From a bacterium (GTDB lineage: Bacteria; Patescibacteriota; Dojkabacteria; B142; OLB20): 45,488 nt of DNA. This document shows, one piece after another, positions 31,191 through 37,095 of the stretch. The notes under the pieces are model-generated. The model did no database searches. It was not told the origin of the DNA and saw only the letters and a program-made list of their open reading frames with translations. Location of the stretch: the NCBI GenBank assembly GCA_021463645.1, contig JAJTYI010000009.1, positions 255,269 through 300,756 of the forward strand. Direction: 5' to 3'. The translations under genes were made by a program, and so were the position numbers. Positions within the stretch are counted from its first letter, which is position 1. Every line of letters begins with the position of its first letter.

Positions 31191-31345
31191 GCCCTACCAA
31201 TGCTCTTTTGATAGATCAAATTGAACTCGACACTTTCAATAGGGAATCCGAAATCTTCCTGTCTACGTGTAGATGGGACTGAGGACAACCACTTGTGGTT
31301 TAGGAGTTTCCAATTCTTCTATCAGGGAACTGCAGTAGGGCTTTT
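31191..31345 (+). ncRNA. ssrS: Probable 6S RNA
   Basis: Rod with central bubble: GCCCTAC/GTAGGGC, TTTGATAGA/TCTATCAGG (G-U pairs work only on the + strand), AATTG-AACTC/GAGTT-CAATT, apical CCTGTCTAC/GTAGATGGG; TTGAAC...GGGA motif; U-tract end. Confidence 0.72.
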
Positions 31346-31386
31346 TTATGCTCATTTCAATTGTTTTCTGTTATAATTTTTCTCAT

Positions 31387-31435
31387 GCTGGAATAGCTTC
31401 CTTCTTCGCTAAAGCTACGAAGGACAAGCAGTTGG
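31387..31435 (+). pseudogene. 5' fragment copy of tRNA-Thr(GGT) interrupted by a 30-nt hairpin (31399-31428)
   Basis: GCTGGAATAGCT[tccttcttcgctaaagctacgaaggacaag]CAGTTGG; flanks are identical to nt 1-19 of the adjacent tRNA. Confidence 0.85.
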
Positions 31436-31451
31436 TTTTGAGACCAGCTAC

Positions 31452-31524
31452 GCTGGAATAGCTCAGTTGGCAGAGCACACCCATGGTAAGGGTGGGGTCC
31501 AGAGTTCGAATCTCTGTTCCAGCT
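31452..31524 (+). tRNA. tRNA-Thr(GGT), CCA not encoded
   Basis: GCTGGAA/TTCCAGC acceptor, CACCC-AT-GGT-AA-GGGTG, CAGAG-TTCGAAT-CTCTG. Confidence 0.96.
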
Positions 31525-31605
31525 TACTAACTTTTCTTAACGAGCTTGCGAGTTTAGAAAAGTTGTAATCCCGTAGATCTACCTTAGGGAGATCATACGG
31601 GATCT
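31524..31605 (+). repeat. Two-hairpin trailer cassette, homologous to 36526-36608
   Basis: TTAC.AACTTTTCT...AGAAAAGTT.GTAA followed by TCCCGTA...TACGGGA-TCT. Confidence 0.85.
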
Positions 31606-31688
31606 AAATCTAATACATACGTACTGAGAAAAGCGAATTCGAATGAAATTAGGATATCGAGGATCTACTTTAAGACAAACTTTATTTA

Positions 31689-32543
31689 ATGAATAGTACA
31701 CCCACTGAAATTTACAATCTTTGTAGTTCTCTATTAACAACAGTTGCGCTAATCGCATTGAAATTTCACGGCAAAGTGGCTAACGATATTAAACTATCCA
31801 CAGACTTGACTGGTACCAGACAAGATCAAGCAAGGGTTACTGCAAAAACAGATATTGATGAATTGATTGAAGATATTTTCTTGCATAAATTATTAGAGGC
31901 AGGTATGTCACGATTAATTTCGGTCGATGTAGAAGAACAATCAAATTTGGTTGAAAAATTCACAACTTCAGGCGAATACAAGTTTGTTCTTGATCCTATT
32001 GACGGAACTATTAATTATTTGGATGCAAATGATAATGATTTCTCAATTAATGTTGCATTAGTTTCCAAAGAAGGAATAGAATTTAGCTTTATCGCATTCC
32101 CAATGCTTAATACTCTATTCACTAATCGTAAAGGTGAATATACAGTTGGTACACTAGCAGAAAACTTGGAGATTAATTTTCAAAATAAATTTGAAGTTAC
32201 CGATGATACTCACAAAATTAGCAATCTAATACAGCATAATCGTAGAACTCCGGAAGAAATACTTTCTAATTTAACCAATCATAAGTTACAAATTACTCCT
32301 TCTAATGGTCTATACTTTCCAATACTAGATATTCTTGCGGGTAAATGTGATGCCGTAATAGCAGGAACGCCGATGGTGAGGGATATATTACTTCATGAAA
32401 TAATAGCTGGATTGTATCCTGAAATTTTTGAAATGTATAACTTCAAAGGTAATCGGCTCGATTATTTTTCCGAGCCAAGATTGAAAGAATTTGTATTCGC
32501 TAAAAAAGGACTGAAAAAAATAATCATTAATAGAGAAGCCTGA
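31689..32543 (+). CDS. Inositol monophosphatase family protein (divergent)
   Basis: KTDID, EE, VLDPIDGTINY. Confidence 0.8.
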   Translation: MNSTPTEIYNLCSSLLTTVALIALKFHGKVANDIKLSTDLTGTRQDQARVTAKTDIDELIEDIFLHKLLEAGMSRLISVDVEEQSNLVEKFTTSGEYKFVLDPIDGTINYLDANDNDFSINVALVSKEGIEFSFIAFPMLNTLFTNRKGEYTVGTLAENLEINFQNKFEVTDDTHKISNLIQHNRRTPEEILSNLTNHKLQITPSNGLYFPILDILAGKCDAVIAGTPMVRDILLHEIIAGLYPEIFEMYNFKGNRLDYFSEPRLKEFVFAKKGLKKIIINREA

Positions 32544-32561
32544 AAAGCTATGATAAAGTGA

Positions 32562-33152
32562 GTGAATATTACGAAATTATATCAAATGAACACAGCCGAT
32601 AATAAATCAGAAAAAATAGACATTTTAGACAACCAAGGAAGGGTTACATCTCAATCAAAAACTCGAGACTTAATCCATAAAGATGGAAATTGGCATCAGT
32701 CTATACATCTATACATTTTAGATAAAAATAATCGTGTATTATTTCAAAGACGCTCGAAAGATAAGATGCTGTTTGCAAGTATGTACGCATGCCCAGTTGG
32801 TGGCCACATTAAATCTGGGGAAGCACCACTTTCCACATTAGTAAAAGAATCACTTGAAGAAATAAATTTACAAATTAAAACCGAAGATTTGACCTATCTA
32901 GGTATTGATAGAGTTGGATATCACAATCCTAAAGTCGATTTATCTGAGAACGAATTTGTTCATATATATATTCTAAATCTTGACGAAGAAATAAACTTAA
33001 ATGTGGAAAATGCTGAAGTTGAAGGTTTATTTTGGTTTGACTTCGATGACTTTAAAACTAAAGTCCGTTCGAAGAACGAAGAGTTTATGCCCTGTTGGAT
33101 TATCTACGAAAAGATTATTGATTATGTTGAGAACTTGAAAAAGTTTATTTGA
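32562..33152 (+). CDS. NUDIX hydrolase, IPP-isomerase-like
   Basis: HKDGNWHQSIH, LFQRRS, GGHIKSGE...KESLEEINL, ENE. Confidence 0.85.
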   Translation: MNITKLYQMNTADNKSEKIDILDNQGRVTSQSKTRDLIHKDGNWHQSIHLYILDKNNRVLFQRRSKDKMLFASMYACPVGGHIKSGEAPLSTLVKESLEEINLQIKTEDLTYLGIDRVGYHNPKVDLSENEFVHIYILNLDEEINLNVENAEVEGLFWFDFDDFKTKVRSKNEEFMPCWIIYEKIIDYVENLKKFI

Positions 33153-33186
33153 GGTCTCAATATTACTGTTTTAAAATAAGTTTCAG

Positions 33187-34446
33187 TCAGCCACCGATGA
33201 ATGTAGTACTCCCAGATCTCTCAACAGGATTCCACTCACAATTAAATGTACCTTTTTTTCTTTCGGACATAATTTTTTTAATGCTTATCAATCCAACAAC
33301 ACTCACTAAATACTCATAATACACTACAAGATACATAGGAACCATTAACAGAATCGATAAAAAGGATAATTTCAATCGTTCCACTAAATTATAACCGTTA
33401 GAAGCTCCCAACATTTGGAACGTTGTAAAAGTAACAAATACAATTATACATGTAATCAACGTTCCATAATCGTTCACCTGAATAATCAGGTATAGGACGT
33501 AACCCAGAATCAACGGCTCAAGTAAATAAGAGAATTCGGCATAAAGTGCATAAGGTAAGTATATCCAACTTAGTAAAAAGTTGTATCGAGTGGAAAAGAA
33601 CAACTTTCTTCGTTTAAAGAATGACTGATATCTCCCGTATTTCCATCTAATTCTTTGTTTATACAAATCTGGTAAGCTCAAGACCGCTTCAGTGTATACG
33701 ACAACATTTGGACTATAACCAATTTTTTTGTCTTTTCCGTAAAATTCAATTATTTTCATGGAAAGATCTATATCTTCGGTTATTGTATCCGTATCATATA
33801 AACCAACTTCCTTTAATTCTGTTAATCTATACATAGACCCTACTCCCCCAATAATATATTGGATATGTGCAAAGACCTCGGCCTTTTTCATCTGATAATT
33901 CAACAAATACTCAACGCGTTGAAGCAAATTTAAGAACCCTTTATCAGCGAGAATTTTGACATTGGCAGAAAGAGCTACTAAGTTCTCATCTCTAAATTCC
34001 TTGACAGCGTTTTCTATTGCATTTGGAGATAGCATTGAGTCGGCATCTAAACACATAACTAATGTACCATTAGCATATTTAAGTCCGAGATTTAATGCTT
34101 TAGCTTTTCCACGAACTTGAACATCCACTACTTTTACTCCAAAATATTCTCTTTGAAATTTACAAGCAATTCTCTTAGTTGCGTCAGTACTGCTATCATT
34201 TACAATGATAAGCTCAATGTACTTATAAGTGCTTGCTGCTACACTTTTGATGTTTCTTAATAGCGTTTTTTCTTCATTATGAGCAGGAACGATTACCGTT
34301 ACTAATGGATTATATTCTTGTAATTCTTTTTGGCCATGTCTTCTACTCCTAATTATATCGTGAACGTCACTTCCTATAAGAAAAAAAGCCATCCTGATTA
34401 GATTGATAGCACTTAGAACAAAGACTAGATATGCAATAAATATCAA
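33187..34446 (-). CDS. Processive glycosyltransferase family 2 (PgaC/IcaA-like)
   Basis: VPAHNEE, DSSTD, GKAKALN, LDAD, TEDID, QRIRW; C-terminal TM helices. Confidence 0.92.
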   Translation of the reverse strand: MIFIAYLVFVLSAINLIRMAFFLIGSDVHDIIRSRRHGQKELQEYNPLVTVIVPAHNEEKTLLRNIKSVAASTYKYIELIIVNDSSTDATKRIACKFQREYFGVKVVDVQVRGKAKALNLGLKYANGTLVMCLDADSMLSPNAIENAVKEFRDENLVALSANVKILADKGFLNLLQRVEYLLNYQMKKAEVFAHIQYIIGGVGSMYRLTELKEVGLYDTDTITEDIDLSMKIIEFYGKDKKIGYSPNVVVYTEAVLSLPDLYKQRIRWKYGRYQSFFKRRKLFFSTRYNFLLSWIYLPYALYAEFSYLLEPLILGYVLYLIIQVNDYGTLITCIIVFVTFTTFQMLGASNGYNLVERLKLSFLSILLMVPMYLVVYYEYLVSVVGLISIKKIMSERKKGTFNCEWNPVERSGSTTFIGG

Positions 34447-34646
34447 TTGTGGTTTTCAATATCGGTGGAAATTGTTTTTATAGTCCTAGTTATAAGAACT
34501 AGGGCGAACACAAGTCCAAAACCAACAAATAAATATTGAAAAATCGAGCTGCCGGTTGCGGCAAGGACCATTCCAGAAGCTCCAGATGCTGTGGCTAATC
34601 CAGCAACTTGACCAACTTGTAATAATGGTGATGTAGATCCAGACAT
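34443..34646 (-). CDS. 67-aa peptide with an LPXTG-like motif (LAATG), a TM helix and basic residues
   Basis: MSGSTSPLLQVGQVAGLATASGASGMVLAATGSSIFQYLFVGFGLVFALVLITRTIK; TTGA overlap with the GT2 start; ATG at 34646 preferred. Confidence 0.65.
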   Translation of the reverse strand: MSGSTSPLLQVGQVAGLATASGASGMVLAATGSSIFQYLFVGFGLVFALVLITRTIKTISTDIENHN

Positions 34647-34698
34647 GATATTAAAATAATTATATATAATGATATCATATCTACCTTGTCGAATCAAC

Positions 34699-34980
34699 CT
34701 ATTTACGGACAATATGGGGGGTGTTTCGAAGATTCCCAATATTTAATTTAAGACGATTTATTTTCTCCTCCCTACTCCATTTCTTAATCTCAATCTCTCG
34801 TTTCAAAGCTTCAGACCAGCTCTCGAAACATTCCGTATAAATTAATTTAAATGGCTTCCTGCTGTTAACGTATTTTGACCCTTTGCCACTATTGTGTACT
34901 TCTAAACGCTCTTCAATATCTTTAGCAACACCTGTATAAAGTGAGTTGTCCCTGCATAATAATATATATAAGTTGCACAT
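34699..34980 (-). CDS. Stand-alone GIY-YIG nuclease (YhbQ/UPF0213-like)
   Basis: LYILLCRDNSLYTG, RLEVHNSGKGSKY, ALKREIEIK. Confidence 0.92.
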   Translation of the reverse strand: MCNLYILLCRDNSLYTGVAKDIEERLEVHNSGKGSKYVNSRKPFKLIYTECFESWSEALKREIEIKKWSREEKINRLKLNIGNLRNTPHIVRK

Positions 34981-34984
34981 CAGG

Positions 34985-35284
34985 TTATTTGATAATGGAT
35001 TTTGAAATTGCCCCCACGAAAAGCCTGTAAGCAGGTCTTTTCTCAGGTTTATAAATGTAATGAATTCCTATTAAAGTATCACAATTATCGCAGTATAAAT
35101 CACTATTCTCAGATTTAGTATTAATATCGAATATTCTGTCTAAATATAGTCGTTTAAGAATCCCTGGTCCATCTTTTTGATATTTAGCAATTTTAGACAT
35201 ACAACTACTACATTTTATTTGGTAGAGCTTCGTGTTCGAACCTCTACTCTTATAATATCTGTCTTTTTGGATTTTGTATCTCAT
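34985..35284 (-). CDS. Hypothetical protein with two CxxC pairs (Zn-binding)
   Basis: CSSC...YQKDGPGILKRLYLDRI...CDNC. Confidence 0.7.
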   Translation of the reverse strand: MRYKIQKDRYYKSRGSNTKLYQIKCSSCMSKIAKYQKDGPGILKRLYLDRIFDINTKSENSDLYCDNCDTLIGIHYIYKPEKRPAYRLFVGAISKSIIK

Positions 35285-35381
35285 TTGAATTACAAAGAAT
35301 TAATTAGATGATAAAAAAATTTGATTTTACCAGCAAAGGTCCCGTATAAATTTCTACGAAATTTTACTTTACACTCAATTT

Positions 35382-35479
35382 GTCATCAGCTCACTTTGTT
35401 CGCTGGACTTTTAAAGACCCTGAATCTTGTTCAGAGTCCTACCAGTGGTCTGTGTTCGTTTCACTCACACACCACTGGT
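35382..35479 (-). repeat. Three-hairpin trailer downstream of tRNA-Ala
   Basis: Minus strand ACCAGTGGT-GTGT-GA-GT-GAA-AC-GA-ACAC-AG-ACCACTGGT; GGACTCTGAA...TTCAGGGTCT; GTC-CAGC-GA-AC-AAA-GT-GA-GCTG-AT-GAC. Confidence 0.75.
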
Positions 35480-35550
35480 GGACTTAATGGGAATCGAACC
35501 CATAGCTCCGCAATGCGAATGCGGTATTTTACCAATTAAACTATAAGCCC
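35476..35550 (-). tRNA. tRNA-Ala(CGC) with encoded CCA
   Basis: GGGCTTA/TAAGTCC with G3:U70, CCGCA-TT-CGC-AT-TGCGG, ATGGG-TTCGATT-CCCAT, ACCA. Confidence 0.95.
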
Positions 35551-35805
35551 CTATAAATTAACGTTATTGTTAATTTTACATCTCAATCATTATTTTTCCA
35601 AAAAATATTATTTCTCTTCTTTTTTAATGATTTTACTGATAAAATCTTCCTACCCTTAAATAATTTCCCTTTTTAATAATAAAAACCGCCACAGGCTTAT
35701 TTAAAATTGGAAAAAAAATTAGGTTTGAGATATACTCAATTGTTCTTTGATTTGCAAGGATTTAATGCTTTTTGCTGATTTTTGAAAGTCATTATGACTT
35801 AAGAA

Positions 35806-35870
35806 AAGCAAGCGCAAGCAGGAGTCAAGTCGCTAGCGATCTTGACGGATGCTGGAGCTTTGCTTCGACG
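35806..35870 (+). repeat. Structured leader cassette upstream of tRNA-Tyr, homologous to 36957-37022
   Basis: Nested stems aagcaag/ctttgctt, agca/tgct, gtcaag/cttgac; ends GCTGGAGCTTTGCTTCGACG. Confidence 0.75.
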
Positions 35871-35872
35871 CA

Positions 35873-35955
35873 GCAGAGGTGACGGAGCGGTCAAACGTAC
35901 CAGACTGTAAATCTGGCGGCGAGAGTCTACGGGGGTTCGAATCCCTCCCTCTGCA
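35873..35955 (+). tRNA. tRNA-Tyr(GTA), CCA not encoded
   Basis: GCAGAGG/CCTCTGC, CCAGA-CT-GTA-AA-TCTGG, long variable arm, GGGGG-TTCGAAT-CCCTC. Confidence 0.96.
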
Positions 35956-36023
35956 ATTAATTTGTAATAGCTCGTTATAATAAAAATGTTATGTTCGAAA
36001 AATCGATTGGGATGAAAAGTTTA

Positions 36024-36134
36024 CCCCGTGAATCGAACATAGTGAGATTGCACGGGGAATCCCTCCCTCTGCACCAATTCATTCAACGAACTTTGTGAGT
36101 TGAAAATGAATTGAGTGCCTGACTTTGGCAGGCA
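36024..36134 (+). repeat. Hairpin cassettes surrounding a 3'-end copy of tRNA-Tyr (36057-36076)
   Basis: CCCCGTG...CACGGGG (36024-36057), GAATCCCTCCCTCTGCA+CCA, CAATTCATT...AATGAATTG (36075-36113), TGCCTG...CAGGCA (36116-36134). Confidence 0.8.
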
Positions 36135-36294
36135 TAAGATTAGAATAGCTCTTTATAAGTAATATAATGCTGGAGTAGCTCAGTCCCGATAAATTGTAAC
36201 TCTGTTACAAATTTATCGTGGATCCTCACTGTTCTAATTCATCCCTTCTGGAGAAGGGAGGAAAGAACAGTGGGATTGGTAGAGTCCCGCAGGA

Positions 36295-36479
36295 GCTGGG
36301 ATAGCTTCCCGCTTCGCTTAAGCTACGCGGGACAGGCAGTTGGTTAGAGTCACTCCTCAGCTGGAGTAGCTCAGTTGGTAGAGCAACGGTTTTGTAAACC
36401 GTCGGTCATGGGTTCGAGTCCCCTCTCCAGCTGAGGAGTGATAAACAGTAGGTCGAGAGTTCGAATCTCTCCCCCAGCT
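36295..36479 (+). pseudogene. Middle tRNA shell (Thr-like, different isoacceptor) lacking the anticodon, with a 30-nt D-stem insert
   Basis: GCTGGGATAGCT[30 nt]CAGTTGGTTAGAG[...]TAAACAGTAGGTCGAGAGTTCGAATCTCTCCCCCAGC. Confidence 0.82.
36360..36432 (+). tRNA. tRNA-Thr(TGT), intact innermost gene, CCA not encoded
   Basis: GCTGGAG/CTCCAGC, GCTC/GAGC, ACGGT-TT-TGT-AA-ACCGT, GGGTTCGAGTCCC. Confidence 0.96.
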
Positions 36480-36525
36480 CCAACGGGATAAACCGTCGGT
36501 CATGGGTTCGAGTCCCCTCTCCAGC

Positions 36526-36608
36526 TTACTAGAGTTTCTTAATGAATAATGTGAATTTAGAAACTCTGTAATCCTCGAAATTGAGCGTAGCGAAATTATC
36601 GAGGATCT
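36526..36608 (+). repeat. Two-hairpin trailer cassette, homologous to 31524-31605
   Basis: TTAC.AGAGTTTCT...AGAAACTCT.GTAA followed by TCCTCGA...TCGAGGA-TCT. Confidence 0.85.
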
Positions 36609-36642
36609 TTACAAATTTAAATAACTATTAATAACAAAAATA

Positions 36643-36810
36643 ATGGCAAAAAAAGGAAATAGAATAATTATTAAGATGGCCAATCCTAAGACTGGTACAT
36701 TTTATATAACAAAGAAAAATAGAATAAATACGAACGAAAAAATTGAAACCAAAAAGTTCGATAAGAAAACACGTAAACACGAGAAGTTCATTGAATCAAA
36801 AGTAAAATAA
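36643..36810 (+). CDS. rpmG: 50S ribosomal protein L33 (Cys-free); below the ORF-track cutoff
   Basis: Translated by hand: MAKKGNRIIIKMANPKTGTFYITKKNRINTNEKIETKKFDKKTRKHEKFIESKVK; lies upstream of tRNA-Trp-secE-nusG. Confidence 0.93.
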   Translation: MAKKGNRIIIKMANPKTGTFYITKKNRINTNEKIETKKFDKKTRKHEKFIESKVK

Positions 36811-36918
36811 TATTTAAAAATTAAAAAATTTAAGTATTAAGAGATTATAAGACGAGAATAATCTGAGTTATTAGTTCAGATTATTTAATAATGAAAGTTC
36901 TTTAATAATTTTCTTTTA

Positions 36919-36949
36919 AGATTTTAACGACTATAAGGAGTTAAAATCT
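36919..36949 (+). repeat. Tandem-GA hairpin cassette
   Basis: AGATTTTAAC-GA-CT-ATA-AG-GA-GTTAAAATCT. Confidence 0.75.
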
Positions 36950-36956
36950 CAAAGGA

Positions 36957-37022
36957 GCAACAGGTGGAAGCTGAAGTGAAGTACTTTAGCATCTTCACAA
37001 AAGCTGGAGCCTTGTTGCGACG
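36957..37022 (+). repeat. Structured leader cassette upstream of tRNA-Trp, homologous to 35806-35870
   Basis: gcaacagg/ccttgttgc, agct/agct, gtgaag/cttcac; ends GCTGGAGCCTTGTTGCGACG. Confidence 0.75.
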
Positions 37023-37023
37023 A

Positions 37024-37095
37024 AGGGTCATGATGTCAATGGTAGCATGGAGGTCTCCAAAACCTCTCGTCTAGGTTCGAATCCTAGTGACCCTG
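37024..37095 (+). tRNA. tRNA-Trp(CCA), CCA end not encoded
   Basis: AGGGTCA/TGACCCT, GAGGT-CT-CCA-AA-ACCTC, CTAGG-TTCGAAT-CCTAG. Confidence 0.96.

Larger units (their letters stand above)
36169..36526 (+). pseudogene. Outer tRNA-Thr(TGT) shell lacking the anticodon, with a 92-nt D-loop insert and nested tRNAs
   Basis: 36169-36183, 36276-36284 and 36489-36526 are identical to the matching parts of the inner tRNA. Confidence 0.85.

Noticed and set aside
34647-34739. N-terminal 31 aa of the 98-aa ORF call
   Set aside because: It overlaps the GIY-YIG gene end from a TTG start; the ATG at 34646 after an AT-rich spacer is more plausible.
31524-35476. Integrated island or prophage between tRNA-Thr(GGT) and tRNA-Ala
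   Set aside because: The genes look accessory, but I found no integrase, no phage genes and no tRNA 3'-end direct repeat bounding the segment.
35321-35539. 72-aa plus-strand ORF
   Set aside because: It is antisense to tRNA-Ala and its hairpin trailer and shows no protein features.
36438-36449. tRNA-Ile(GAT) anticodon loop read from TGATAA in the middle shell
   Set aside because: The TGA belongs to the 10-bp inverted repeat, and the complementary 5' strand (ACTGT) is absent.
36169-36526. Group I or archaeal BHB-type tRNA introns
   Set aside because: The inserts are simple 30-92 nt hairpins or whole tRNAs with no visible ribozyme core, and excising them would not restore an anticodon arm in either shell.
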